DNA of 64,000 bases from Candidatus Methanomethylicia archaeon (GTDB taxonomy: Archaea; Thermoproteota; Methanomethylicia; Nezhaarchaeales; B40-G2): contig JAPDJI010000004.1 in NCBI GenBank assembly GCA_029259155.1, forward strand, positions 1 through 64,000. Reading direction: 5' to 3'. Both the position numbers and the translations under genes were made by a program. Below the pieces are notes generated by a model. That model searched no databases. It worked only from the letters and a program-made list of their open reading frames with translations, and had not been told where the DNA came from. Numbering within the stretch: the stretch's first letter is position 1; every line of letters begins with the position of its first letter. Of the stretch, positions 50,736-60,423 are shown piece by piece.

Positions 50736-51104
50736 TTGGGACAGGGACGTAAAGATGACGTGTCGAGAATGGTAGACTTGCTTAGAAGCGGAGCTGTAAT
50801 GTTAGCTGAGACTTGCCCAGTTTGCCATACACCTCTTTTTAAGTTGAAGAGCGGCGATGTATACTGTGCTGCCTGCGAGAAAAAAGTCTTAATAGTGAAG
50901 GAGGGGGAGGCAGGGGAGTTTAAGGTTCTCCAGCTTTCTACTATAATGGATTTAGATAGGACAATATTTGCTAAGCTAGCTGAGCTTAACGATATGATCA
51001 GGCATGAAAGCGATGTAGATAGGCTCTATGAGCTGGCGAGATGTTTGATCGCTTGGCTTGAAGCCCTAGATAGGGTCAAGAAGCTCAAGGAGGACCTCAG
51101 CTAG
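50736..51104 (+). CDS. UPF0148/autoantigen p27-family Zn-finger protein
   Basis: LRSGAVMLAETCPVCHTPLF...YCAAC. Confidence 0.88.
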   Translation: MGQGRKDDVSRMVDLLRSGAVMLAETCPVCHTPLFKLKSGDVYCAACEKKVLIVKEGEAGEFKVLQLSTIMDLDRTIFAKLAELNDMIRHESDVDRLYELARCLIAWLEALDRVKKLKEDLS

Positions 51105-51441
51105 GCAAGCTATATTCTATTTTTAAGCGTTTGGCCCCTTTAACTTCTATTACTGTCCAAGGATTCTGTCTCCTAAACTTCCACTTGACGGCTATGAACG
51201 GCTTTAACCCGAAGGCCTGGCAAAACTCTAGGAGCGCTTTCACTTCTCCCTCACTTAGGTATATGCGGTTAGCCTTGGTTTCCTTGACTTGATACCCTCT
51301 ACGGTCTTCTCCCTTAGCGGCCAGTATATCACAAGGTAGACCTCTGCCACCACTGATGGGTATTCTTACAACATAGAAGCCTTCTTTACGAAGGTTTTCC
51401 ATTAACTCTACTTCGGCTCTATAACCTTTGCGGAAAGCCAA
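51097..51441 (-). CDS. hjc: Holliday junction resolvase Hjc
   Basis: KGYRAEVEL, GFYVVR.P.SG, PCDILA, YQVK (Q in place of the usual E). Confidence 0.85.
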   Translation of the reverse strand: MAFRKGYRAEVELMENLRKEGFYVVRIPISGGRGLPCDILAAKGEDRRGYQVKETKANRIYLSEGEVKALLEFCQAFGLKPFIAVKWKFRRQNPWTVIEVKGAKRLKIEYSLPS

Positions 51442-51456
51442 GCCTTGACAACCTCC

Positions 51457-52758
51457 TCAAGGAGTTAGCCTCCATTTATCTCTTGGATATAGGACTACTT
51501 CCCTTATGTTTTCACGTCCCGTTATTATCATTAGTAGTCTTGCTAGTCCTAGTCCCCATCCTGCGTGGGGTGGCATGCCGTAGTCGTAGCATTTAAGGTG
51601 GTGTTTGAAGTTTTCTGGGTTTAGTCCTTGTTCTTCTAGGCGTTTTATTAACTGGTCTTTGCGGTGTATGCGTCGCCCGCCGGAGGCTATCTCGAGCCAG
51701 CCGTACATTAAGTCGAAGCTATAGGAAAGCTTAGGATCATCCTCCCTAGGCATAATATAGAAAGGCTTAAGATGAGTAGGCCAATCAACGATGAAGAAGG
51801 GCTCGTTAAAGAACTCTCCTAGGATTCTTAGAGCAGGAGTTGAAAGATCTTCACCCCACCCTATTTCTAGCCCTTTCCTTCTTAAGACTTCAAGTGCATC
51901 ATCATAAGTTAGCTTCTTAAACGGAGGAGCTAGGTCTTCCAACCTCCTACCAAGTGTTTTTAGTTCATCGGGACACCTCTCCTTCACACCTCTGAAGATG
52001 AATGTTAAATACTCCTCGAGAAGCTTCATGACGTCTTCCTCATCAGCAAAAGCCTCCTCTATGTCTAGAGATAGGAACTCGTTTAAATGATAAGTAGTGT
52101 TGGATTCCTCGGCTCTGAAAAACAAGCCTATTTCAAAAACCTTCTCTAGCGACCCTGTTAACTCCTCCTTATAGAGCTGAGGGCTTTGCGCTAAGTAAGC
52201 CTTAGAACCGAAGTAATCGATGGAGAAAAGCGTTGCTCCTCCCTCTGTAGCAGTAGCTAATATTCTAGGTGTCACTACCTCTATGAAGCCTCTTGACGAG
52301 AAGAATTCCCTTGTCAACTGGATCAAGTGGTGATGTATAATGAACACAGCCTTTTCTTCAGGTCTTCTAAGATCTATGAAACGTGAATCTAACCTAGTGT
52401 TAAGCTCTGCAGGTATCTTACCTGTAGGGTCCAAGGGGAGAGGGCTGAGAGCTTCGTTTATAACTTCCACTTTGTATGGAATAACTTCGACCCCTAACTT
52501 GGCTTTACTGCTTTTTTTAACTACCCCCTCTACTGCTATGACGCTCTCCTTGGTAAGTTTCCCTATGGTCTCAAAGATTTCTTCGGGGATTTCCTTGGCC
52601 TTAGCTGTTACTTGAACTACGCCTTCACGATCCCTTAAGAGAAGGAACCGTATGCCTCCTAGGTCTCTTACCTCGTGAACCCATCCCACTAACCTAATCT
52701 TCGTGTCTTCAAGCTCAGCGTTAACCTGAGATGTGTAGTGTGTCCTCTTAAAGGACAT
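51457..52758 (-). CDS. aspS: Aspartyl-tRNA synthetase (archaeal type)
   Basis: RLDSRFIDLR, ATEGG, LAQSPQLYK, FRAE, EIASGG, GMPPHAGWGLG, YPRD. Confidence 0.96.
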   Translation of the reverse strand: MSFKRTHYTSQVNAELEDTKIRLVGWVHEVRDLGGIRFLLLRDREGVVQVTAKAKEIPEEIFETIGKLTKESVIAVEGVVKKSSKAKLGVEVIPYKVEVINEALSPLPLDPTGKIPAELNTRLDSRFIDLRRPEEKAVFIIHHHLIQLTREFFSSRGFIEVVTPRILATATEGGATLFSIDYFGSKAYLAQSPQLYKEELTGSLEKVFEIGLFFRAEESNTTYHLNEFLSLDIEEAFADEEDVMKLLEEYLTFIFRGVKERCPDELKTLGRRLEDLAPPFKKLTYDDALEVLRRKGLEIGWGEDLSTPALRILGEFFNEPFFIVDWPTHLKPFYIMPREDDPKLSYSFDLMYGWLEIASGGRRIHRKDQLIKRLEEQGLNPENFKHHLKCYDYGMPPHAGWGLGLARLLMIITGRENIREVVLYPRDKWRLTP

Positions 52759-52851
52759 CTTCCTCAGCCATTTCGCCTTAAGGCTTGTTAGGCTTAAGTA
52801 GGTGGCCGCTTATATAAACCCTCATCTAGTAGGTCGTGGGAAGGGGTTGGT

Positions 52852-53286
52852 TTGTCGATAGTTAGCGATGCGACCCGCAGGTTTGCCATGGAGTTCTCTT
52901 CGCTATTAGGTAAGAGCGTAGAGGTTAGGACTGTACAGGGTAAGGTCTATGAAGGTAAACTGTTGGCCTATGACCATTCTAACCTAAACTTATGCTTAGC
53001 CGATGCTAAGGATGAGTCAGGGAAGATTTTCTCGAGGGTCTTTATAAGCGGAGGGACCGTGGCTGAAATCATTAGGAAGGAGGAACCCTTTGATCTTAGA
53101 GGACTGGCTGAAGCCCTTGAAAAGACGTTTCCCAGAATGGTAACGCTACACGAGGAAGCAGGTGTTATAACCATCATGGATAGGGTTAGAATAACTGAAC
53201 AGGGCGTAGTTGAAGGTTCAGGACCAGTGGCTGAGAGGGCTAAGAAGATTTTTGAAGAGTTTGTTAGCTCTAAGCGAGCTGGCTAG
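52852..53286 (+). CDS. SmAP3-type Sm-like protein with C-terminal domain
   Basis: N-terminal Sm fold (GKLLAYD..NLNL) plus VKI/GVEGSGP-type C-terminal domain. Confidence 0.85.
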   Translation: MSIVSDATRRFAMEFSSLLGKSVEVRTVQGKVYEGKLLAYDHSNLNLCLADAKDESGKIFSRVFISGGTVAEIIRKEEPFDLRGLAEALEKTFPRMVTLHEEAGVITIMDRVRITEQGVVEGSGPVAERAKKIFEEFVSSKRAG

Positions 53287-53300
53287 GTGTAAATAACATC

Positions 53301-54938
53301 CTAAGTTTTTTCCTTAATTTTGTTTAAAAGTTCCATGACTGACTTGGATAGTTCTTCTATACTTTGTCTGCTCCAAGGTTTTTCATCCATGGAAGTAGCC
53401 TTAAAAATCAAGTTTTTGTTTAAACAGGTTTTAAGGACAGCAAGGTAAACCGTTGTACCCCATTCTATTGATGGGTCGTGGTGATAGAGCACCGCCTTAT
53501 AATGAGCCTTACCTATATAGTCAGCTATGTCATTAGCTATGCGAGTTGCTAGCTCTTTATCTATGAAGGGTGGCCCCTCATGTTGAGAAGCAGGGTAGAC
53601 TTCATCTAGCTCTAAGGGCACTATACCTAGAGCTGTATAGATACATAAATGCACTCTTCCTAGATCCTCTTCCAACTCTCTGCTTAATCTACTTAAAACG
53701 TTCCTGACTTTCTTGTTCCTTGTGTATGGCTTGGAGCTTGCTGGCGGGAGGAGTAATAAAATGCTGGCTTCGCGAGGAGGTTTGAAACGTTCCTTAACCC
53801 TCCTCCTAAACCTTTCAGCTTCGGGGCGAGTTAATGAGAAATTATCATAAAAGAATAGCCCTCTCCTCTTTGAGAGTGGAGTAAACCTCTCGAAGATCTC
53901 TACATACTTGTTTAGCTTTGCGAGAGCTGACTTCATAGAGGGATGCGTCCTTGCTCTAGCTTCTAGTAGCTCCCAAAGTCTTCCTTCGGCTATCGCCTGC
54001 TTAACTCTCCTAATTTCTGCTAAACAGGCGTAAAGGTTGTGTCTAGCTAAGTTCCTCTCAGCCTCTTCATCGGGCATCTCTCGAAGCTCTTCGGGACTAA
54101 GCTTTGAACAAACAGGACATGAACAGGGGAGATAGTCAAGGTCTTCAAGCCTTAAGGTCCCTCCCTCATACATATACCTTCTCTGCTTAGCGTAAATGGC
54201 ATAGGAAGCAGAGTCGAAGGTATCACATCCTAGAGCAGCAGCTAGAGGAAACATCATGGGGTGTCCAGCTCCAAAAAGGTGGAAAGGCTTGGTTATCGGT
54301 AGACAAGTTTTAGCCGTCAATATCATGTCGACGAGAAGATCGAACATATATTGTTCCATTACCCTCGTGGGGCTTCCTAAAGCATACATATGAAAAGGCA
54401 ACTTAGCTATTTCTTCAGCACTTCTTTTAACTAGATCTAGCCAAGTCCCTCCTTGAACAGGGCCTACCCAGAGGGTCTTCTTCTTTTTCTTTACGAGGAA
54501 TAGTTCTCGAGCTCTACGTAGGGTTTCCTCCACCGTCTGCTCTGCTTTGGCTCTATTTACCTTGAAGCCTGTGGGCACATCCAATATCACCGCTATGTCT
54601 GATCCTATCTTTTCCTGGAACTCAATTACCTCCTCAGGGGTAGTCTCCACCCTTCCATAGACTAGTAATTGGTAGGCGCCGGAATCTGTCATCACCACGC
54701 CTGGGTAGTCCAGCAGTTTATGTACCCCTTTCTCCTCAGCTTCCTTCTTCTTTCTCCTTAGTAGGACGTAAGCATTCGTTATCACTGACCTAAACCCCAT
54801 TTCGTAGAGTTCTCTGGGCGTAATGATTTGTTGAACTGGATTTACGACGGGTAATAGAGCTGGTGTTTCAAAAGTACCTGTCTTGGTTTTTATGTACCCT
54901 ATCCTCCCAAGTAGGTCATGGTGTTTAACCTCGAACAT
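53301..54938 (-). CDS. tgtA: Archaeosine tRNA-guanine(15) transglycosylase, lacking the PUA domain
   Basis: ETPALLPV, MTDSGAYQ, PVQGG, HLFGAGHP, FDSASY, CSCPVC, HNL. Confidence 0.95.
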   Translation of the reverse strand: MFEVKHHDLLGRIGYIKTKTGTFETPALLPVVNPVQQIITPRELYEMGFRSVITNAYVLLRRKKKEAEEKGVHKLLDYPGVVMTDSGAYQLLVYGRVETTPEEVIEFQEKIGSDIAVILDVPTGFKVNRAKAEQTVEETLRRARELFLVKKKKKTLWVGPVQGGTWLDLVKRSAEEIAKLPFHMYALGSPTRVMEQYMFDLLVDMILTAKTCLPITKPFHLFGAGHPMMFPLAAALGCDTFDSASYAIYAKQRRYMYEGGTLRLEDLDYLPCSCPVCSKLSPEELREMPDEEAERNLARHNLYACLAEIRRVKQAIAEGRLWELLEARARTHPSMKSALAKLNKYVEIFERFTPLSKRRGLFFYDNFSLTRPEAERFRRRVKERFKPPREASILLLLPPASSKPYTRNKKVRNVLSRLSRELEEDLGRVHLCIYTALGIVPLELDEVYPASQHEGPPFIDKELATRIANDIADYIGKAHYKAVLYHHDPSIEWGTTVYLAVLKTCLNKNLIFKATSMDEKPWSRQSIEELSKSVMELLNKIKEKT

Positions 54939-54948
54939 CCCTAGCCCC

Positions 54949-55716
54949 TTAGATATAGGCCTGGCTCTCTGCTCTTCTTTCTGCCTCTCTTCTCTCTAAG
55001 AACTCCTTTACTTCCTGCTCAATTCTTTCAGCATCCTTTACTAGCTCTGTATAGTCCACGTTGAGTCCGTAGAGTTCATTAAGCAAAGCTATGGAATTGG
55101 CTGCCGCTAAAGGATCAGGCCTACTCATGTTGGCGTAGGGAAGCAGAGCTACAGCGGGAAAGTCTCTAACCTCGAAGCGGTGGAGCATCATAGCTAGGGG
55201 TCCTGTTATTAGAAGACCTTTCTCTATCACTGGGACTCTTAATCCTCTCGCCTTAACATAAGCTTCTGTGGCAGCACACCTCATTTTATCATCACCTCTC
55301 TTAAAACGTTGATCGAGTCCACCTATCAATACAGCTTCTTCGAACCCACCATCTACAACCCAGTCGACGATCGACCTGAAAAGACCATACTGATCCTTAG
55401 AGGGAGGGATAGCTTCAGCTATAAAGAACATGAAGTTTTCGTGTTCATAGAGCTGAAGAGGTGAGATAAGTCTCTCGCCATCCATCCAGACTAGAGGCGG
55501 TAGTGAAGGAGTCTCGATGACCCCTATTGGGCGTGCTTTAAGGGAGGAGACCAGGTGTTTGAGAGCTATATACCCTGTAAAGCCTACTCCTTGGAATCCT
55601 GTTATGAAAACCTTCCATTTTTTGCCTTCAACCTCCTTCTTCAAAGAGACCTTCACTTTCAAGACCACCACCTGCCTCAATGGGGAAAGTTTATTAACGA
55701 ACCTCTCTAAACCCAC
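54949..55716 (-). CDS. PAC2-family proteasome assembly chaperone
   Basis: ITGFQGVGFTG, IGGLD, ITGP, RPDPLAA; real start probably downstream. Confidence 0.88.
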   Translation of the reverse strand: MGLERFVNKLSPLRQVVVLKVKVSLKKEVEGKKWKVFITGFQGVGFTGYIALKHLVSSLKARPIGVIETPSLPPLVWMDGERLISPLQLYEHENFMFFIAEAIPPSKDQYGLFRSIVDWVVDGGFEEAVLIGGLDQRFKRGDDKMRCAATEAYVKARGLRVPVIEKGLLITGPLAMMLHRFEVRDFPAVALLPYANMSRPDPLAAANSIALLNELYGLNVDYTELVKDAERIEQEVKEFLERREAERRAESQAYI

Positions 55717-55740
55717 TGGGCTAAAAAGTATAGAGCGCTG

Positions 55741-57021
55741 ATGGTCTTGGATAACGGGAACGTTAAGCTAGCCTTCCTCGGTGGAGGAAGAGAAGTAGGC
55801 AGATCTGCTGTGTGGGTTAGGGGTGAGAAGGCTTCAATACTTTTAGATTACGGTGTACGGGTCGGTGACCCTGAGCCGCTCTTTCCGCTTCATGTTCCTC
55901 CAAAGGAGCTAGACGCTATTGTCCTGAGTCACGCTCACCTAGACCACTCAGGCGCTCTCCCCCTACTCTACGTTAGTTACCCCCGTCCCCTCTACATGAC
56001 TAGCTTGTCTGCCAAGATGCTTGACTTCCTTCTTAAAGACTTTATGAACTTATCCAAATACTACATACCTTATGAACAAACTGACGTAAATCGTATGTTT
56101 AGGCATATGCGTGCTGTTAAGCCTGGAAGCAAAGTAAAGGTTGGGAATGTTAAGCTAACCTTTGCCGATGCTGGCCATATCCCTGGCGGTCTGCAAGTAT
56201 TGGTAGAGGTAGATGGTAAGAGGATCCTGTACACAGGCGATATAAACACTATTGACACCAGACTCCTAAAGGGAGCTAAACCTTTCAATGAAGAGTTAGA
56301 CGTGTTAGTGGTTGAAGCTACATATGCCGGTGTAGATCACCCTGATAGGGAGGAGCTTGAAAAAGAATTCGTAGAGTCAGTGGTCGAAGTCGTAGAGGAT
56401 GGAGGAGTGGTGCTCGTACCTGCTTTCTCTGTGGGTAGAGCCCAGGAAATTTTATGTGTCCTTACTGCTTACTCGTTCAACCACACTATCTACCTTGACG
56501 GTATGGCTAGGGCTATAAGCCAAGTTTTCTTAGATCATCCTCGCTTCTTCAGGGACTATGGCTTGCTTAAGAAGGCTTTAGAAAAAGCCATATGGATTAA
56601 TGGGAAGGGGGATAGAAAGCGAGCTTGCCGCAAACCGGGAGTTATCATAGCACCTGCTGGCATGTTGAAAGGTGGCCCTGCGGTACAGTATCTTAAGAGG
56701 ATGGCGGAAGATGAGCGCAATGCCGTCTTCTTGGTAAGCTACCAAATACCTGGAACTCCGGGACACATCTTGCTAAATACAGGTAAGTTTCCGTTCAACA
56801 ATGAACTTAAGCCTATCAAGGCTTCGATTAAGTGGTTCGACTTCTCTTCTCATGTAGGAGATAGGCAGCTTTGGGAAGTTTTGAAAGCAGTTAAAGGAAA
56901 TCCAAGGGTATTTGTTATTCACGGCGAGGATCAAGCCTGTACAATGTTGGCTGAGAGAGTTTCCTTAGAGCTTGGATTAGAAGCTATGGCACCTAGGAAT
57001 GGGGAGGTATTCAAGGTTTAA
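55741..57021 (+). CDS. beta-CASP metallo-beta-lactamase ribonuclease (aCPSF2-like)
   Basis: GGGREVGRS, SHAHLDH, AGHIPG, YTGD, FSSH, IHGE; no KH domains. Confidence 0.9.
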   Translation: MVLDNGNVKLAFLGGGREVGRSAVWVRGEKASILLDYGVRVGDPEPLFPLHVPPKELDAIVLSHAHLDHSGALPLLYVSYPRPLYMTSLSAKMLDFLLKDFMNLSKYYIPYEQTDVNRMFRHMRAVKPGSKVKVGNVKLTFADAGHIPGGLQVLVEVDGKRILYTGDINTIDTRLLKGAKPFNEELDVLVVEATYAGVDHPDREELEKEFVESVVEVVEDGGVVLVPAFSVGRAQEILCVLTAYSFNHTIYLDGMARAISQVFLDHPRFFRDYGLLKKALEKAIWINGKGDRKRACRKPGVIIAPAGMLKGGPAVQYLKRMAEDERNAVFLVSYQIPGTPGHILLNTGKFPFNNELKPIKASIKWFDFSSHVGDRQLWEVLKAVKGNPRVFVIHGEDQACTMLAERVSLELGLEAMAPRNGEVFKV

Positions 57022-57830
57022 TGGAGAAGGTTAATCCCTCAGCACTCATTGTTCCTCTACTTTTCCTCTTTCCTCTTTCAACACTTTTTTTATGGCTACT
57101 TCAGCCGCTTGGAGATCTATTCATCGTGGACGAGGCTCCTACAACCCTCACAAGTACATCTCTACTGATCGGGATCTCTGTGGGCTTAGCCTTGGCTGTA
57201 TGCTTCCTCAAAGCTGCTCCGCGTAAAATGTTCTTTCTTAAGGTTCTTCTCTGTGTCAGCTGGTCTCTTCTCTACATGGGACTTTTCACTCTTTACTTTA
57301 CAGCTCTGTTCTTGAAACTCTGGCCTCTTGACTTAGCCTTGCTCTATGCTATGCCTTTGGCCTTGGCTTCTTTCATAGTCCTATTTCTCTTAAACCGTAG
57401 GCTTGGCGGCTTTTTCTCCCGTTTTTCGGTTGTTCTGATGGCTTCCTTGACTGGTCCCTTTTTAGCCATCGTGCTCCCTATACTTTGGTTTATGTTATTG
57501 GCATCGATAGCCGTTATTTACGATGTCTTAGCTGCTAAGAGAGGCTTCTTAGGTACTTTAGCTGAAGGTGTTGTCAAGGAGGGTGTTGTAGGCTTGACTT
57601 ACCCTACAGGGAAGGTCCATATAGGTTTAGGAGACCTTATACTAGCTTCAGCTATTTTCTCTGCTAGTTTATGTTTAAATTGGCTCTTAGCCTCTACGGT
57701 CGCGTTTATGCTCCTCCTTGGCATGTACCTTAACGCGCTTCTCTTAAGATACTGGAAGGTTCTGCCGGGGACGCCGCTAACGATAGGTTTAGCTCTGGTG
57801 GTTATGGCTATCTTCTTTATGTTGGCTTAA
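57021..57830 (+). CDS. Presenilin/SPP-like (GxGD) intramembrane aspartyl protease
   Basis: Multi-TM; YD (VIYDV), GLGD and PAL-like LPGTP in the expected order. Confidence 0.78.
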   Translation: MEKVNPSALIVPLLFLFPLSTLFLWLLQPLGDLFIVDEAPTTLTSTSLLIGISVGLALAVCFLKAAPRKMFFLKVLLCVSWSLLYMGLFTLYFTALFLKLWPLDLALLYAMPLALASFIVLFLLNRRLGGFFSRFSVVLMASLTGPFLAIVLPILWFMLLASIAVIYDVLAAKRGFLGTLAEGVVKEGVVGLTYPTGKVHIGLGDLILASAIFSASLCLNWLLASTVAFMLLLGMYLNALLLRYWKVLPGTPLTIGLALVVMAIFFMLA

Positions 57831-58018
57831 AGCTCCACAACGGGACATTTCAACCTGGCAGTCAACTCTTTAGCTTCTTCCTCCTTTACCTTAATAACGA
57901 AAAGCTTTTTGGCTCTAAGTTTAAGCTTAACCATCCCTGCCCTCTTGACTACTCTACATTCCTTTGCTTTCGCTGAGAGAGTTATGAATTGATCCTTATC
58001 GAATACTTCAACTGGCAT
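57827..58018 (-). CDS. rpl38e: 50S ribosomal protein L38e
   Basis: MPVEVFDKDQF...KECRV...VKLKLRAKKLF; start moved out of the tRNA. Confidence 0.8.
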   Translation of the reverse strand: MPVEVFDKDQFITLSAKAKECRVVKRAGMVKLKLRAKKLFVIKVKEEEAKELTARLKCPVVEL

Positions 58019-58044
58019 ATACTCGGCCTCCATACTTGGCTTAG

Positions 58045-58118
58045 TGGGCCGGCCCGGATTCGAACCGGGGACCAACCGCGTGTGAGGCGGTTATCCTAGC
58101 CAACTAGACCACCGGCCC
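58045..58118 (-). tRNA. tRNA-Val(CAC), intronless
   Basis: GGGCCGG/CCGGCCC-A, ACCGC-CTCACAC-GCGGT. Confidence 0.95.
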
Positions 58119-58151
58119 GTCAAGGTGGAGGTAGTGGGGCTTTAATAAAAC

Positions 58152-58313
58152 CTACCTCTTTAAGGCTCTATGCTTCCACCTTAAATTATGGCTTTTGCAT
58201 CTTCTACACTTCTCGGCTGAGGGAGGGTTGCGGGCGCCACACTCCCTACATATCTTAACGAATAGAAGTTTCTGTTGCGCGATTTGTAGTTTTTCAGGAT
58301 CGGTGATGGGCAT
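58152..58313 (-). CDS. rpl40e: 50S ribosomal protein L40e (53 aa, absent from the ORF track)
   Basis: Hand translation MPITDPEKLQIAQQKLLFVKICRECGARNPPSAEKCRRCKSHNLRWKHRALKR. Confidence 0.93.
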   Translation of the reverse strand: MPITDPEKLQIAQQKLLFVKICRECGARNPPSAEKCRRCKSHNLRWKHRALKR

Positions 58314-58361
58314 CCTTTCTCACCATGGTCTCCTCTACTCGAGGAGTAGTTCGATTTAAGC

Positions 58362-58826
58362 TTACTCCTTTATGGTCTCGATAACTATATGGGACGAAGT
58401 ATGTATAACACCTTCCATTTTTGAGAGCTCCCTTAACACGCTCGCCAGTAGGTTTTGCTCTAGAACTAGGACAAGGTCCACTTCACCTGTCACTCTGTAC
58501 ACCTGCTCTATCGGCATCTTCAGTATTTTCTCGTATACTTGTTCTCTTAGTCGAGGCTCGATCTTGACGAAGATGAAGGAGTTTGCCCTCTCTACACCTA
58601 GAAATTCCAGCGCCTTAGTGGTTAGCTCAATGAAACCTCGACCTGTCCTCACAAGCTCTTCCTCTCTTAAACGATGTAGATGCATGTTCAAGGCTTGACG
58701 AGTGATACCAAGTTCCTTTGCAAGCTCGCTTTGAGGCTTGTCCACGGTATATACCTTAATTCCACGGCTCATTAAGTATAGCTTGTACAGGATCTCTCGT
58801 TGTCGTTGGGTTATTGCCTCCTCCAA
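58362..58826 (-). CDS. Lrp/AsnC-family transcriptional regulator
   Basis: QSELAKELGITRQAL HTH; RVTGEVDL...GVIHTSSHIV RAM domain. Confidence 0.88.
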   Translation of the reverse strand: MEEAITQRQREILYKLYLMSRGIKVYTVDKPQSELAKELGITRQALNMHLHRLREEELVRTGRGFIELTTKALEFLGVERANSFIFVKIEPRLREQVYEKILKMPIEQVYRVTGEVDLVLVLEQNLLASVLRELSKMEGVIHTSSHIVIETIKE

Positions 58827-58969
58827 GCCTCTCCTCCGTCCTCAGCCTTGACTTATGGTTTTCCGTCAATTAAAACCTTGTCCTACCTCCAAGCCTCTAA
58901 GCCTTAAAGGCTAAGCTTTTTTAACCTAGTGGGCGGCCTGCTACACTCCGTAGAAGAGAGGTGGTAGTC

Positions 58970-59251
58970 ATGCCGACTTCAAGTAGGGGAAGTGTACTGG
59001 TTGGGGCAAAGCCTGTGATGAATTATGTATTGGCTTGCTTAACGCTCTTTCATCAAGGTTTTAACGAGGTGGAGATAAAAGCGAGGGGCAGGTCGATAAG
59101 CAAGGCTGTCGATGTAGCACAGTTGGTGTTAAACCGCTTCATGAGCGGAGCTAAGGTGAAAAAGGTGGAAATAGGGATGGAGCGTTTAACAACGAGTGAC
59201 GGTAGAGCTGTAAATAAGAGTACCATAACCATAATCCTTTCAAAGGCTTAA
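58970..59251 (+). CDS. albA: Alba chromatin/RNA-binding protein
   Basis: [24 protein letters not shown]; ATG start chosen (GTG at 58961 possible). Confidence 0.95.
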   Translation: MPTSSRGSVLVGAKPVMNYVLACLTLFHQGFNEVEIKARGRSISKAVDVAQLVLNRFMSGAKVKKVEIGMERLTTSDGRAVNKSTITIILSKA

Positions 59252-59365
59252 TGACTTGGCTAAGGCTTGAAGTCTAGGCCGTTTTCCTCTCTATGGAGTG
59301 TTACAAACTTTTTAAGGAACCTGCTTATAAGGGAAAGGAAGGTGTGTTGGGTAGGGAGGGAGCCC

Positions 59366-59872
59366 TTGGATATACCAGTGTGCTACTTTTGCCTCAAAAG
59401 CGGATTCCTTTGTCAAAGCTGCAGTGACAAGTTGAAAAGAGGGGAAATTACTCAGCTTGACTTAGAGGTAGCTAGGAGCCTATTAGACCTAGAAGTTCGT
59501 TTCCCTCAATTAAAGGACTGTACTTTCTATAAAGCTGTGGAGGTTCCTGGACTAATTTTCATCATGGTTGGCTGTCGAAGAAGAATCCCTCGCGTCATAT
59601 GGCGAAAGATCAGTAAGGCGCTAAGTGATGAGAAGAAAATGGCGGTTAGGATCATAGAAAAGACGCCCAGCTTAAAGGCTTTTCTTACTCAGATATTATC
59701 TCCTGCCCGTATTTCTAGCATCAATACGATATGGCTCCCTGACGGTACCTGGGAGAGTAACGTTAAGATCTCGCCGGGAGATTTGAGAAAACTTCCTGCC
59801 GAGCCCAAGATACTAGAAGCGTTAATTAAGGACCTTATTAACGAGAAAGTTACCATAACTCAGGCGGGCTGA
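59366..59872 (+). CDS. NusA-like KH protein with N-terminal Cys cluster
   Basis: IPVCYFCLKSGFLCQSC, INTIWLPDG; TTG start after a purine-rich SD; GxxG loop degenerate. Confidence 0.8.
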   Translation: MDIPVCYFCLKSGFLCQSCSDKLKRGEITQLDLEVARSLLDLEVRFPQLKDCTFYKAVEVPGLIFIMVGCRRRIPRVIWRKISKALSDEKKMAVRIIEKTPSLKAFLTQILSPARISSINTIWLPDGTWESNVKISPGDLRKLPAEPKILEALIKDLINEKVTITQAG

Positions 59873-59877
59873 CTTGT

Positions 59878-60267
59878 TTGTCGTCGCTTGAAAATGTTAA
59901 AGCGGTCATGATGGTAGATAAGGTGGAGCCTAGCGAGGTTGCAGGAGTATTTGTTGTATACTTTAAGGGACTTGAAGGCTCCCCGTTGGTAGAAATGAAG
60001 TTGGAATTACCTAGACAACTACTCATGTTTAAGAAAGGAGACAAAGTAACGTTGGAATTAGCTGAATCTCCTATTTCTTGGGGAGAAAAGTCTGATTTGC
60101 ATTTAAGAGCTAGGATCTTCGGGTTAAAACCTATAGAGGGTGTTAGTATTCTCTATGCATCAGCTGGCGGCCTTCAGCTTAGGCTGTCGTTCAAAGAAAG
60201 TTCTCAGCGTTTCCAATCTTTAAGTAAGGTATATATTGCTTTCAAGATAATGAAGGAAACAGGGTAA
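59878..60267 (+). CDS. rpo8: RNA polymerase subunit Rpo8 (RpoG/Rpb8-like)
   Basis: OB-fold pattern with LYASAGGLQLRL (cf. Rpb8 SFGGLL) and VYI C-terminus. Confidence 0.75.
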   Translation: MSSLENVKAVMMVDKVEPSEVAGVFVVYFKGLEGSPLVEMKLELPRQLLMFKKGDKVTLELAESPISWGEKSDLHLRARIFGLKPIEGVSILYASAGGLQLRLSFKESSQRFQSLSKVYIAFKIMKETG

Positions 60268-60423
60268 CTCACTTTCGCTCTACTCTCTCACCTTCGCAAA
60301 CACGTCCACTTTATTGACCCTCACCGGCGCCTATCAAGTATCTTCTTACCTTCCCAGAGGAAGCTACCTTACCATAAAGGTTAATTAAAACCCCTCTTCA
60401 GCGCCACCGAGGTTGAAGAAGCT

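Noticed and set aside
58019-58075. N-terminal extension of the L38e ORF
   Set aside because: It overlaps tRNA-Val (MVPGSNPG is translated T-arm sequence)
60268-60423. Pyrimidine-rich spacer before the TFB paralog
   Set aside because: No ORF of useful length or stable structure found; probably just terminator and promoter sequence
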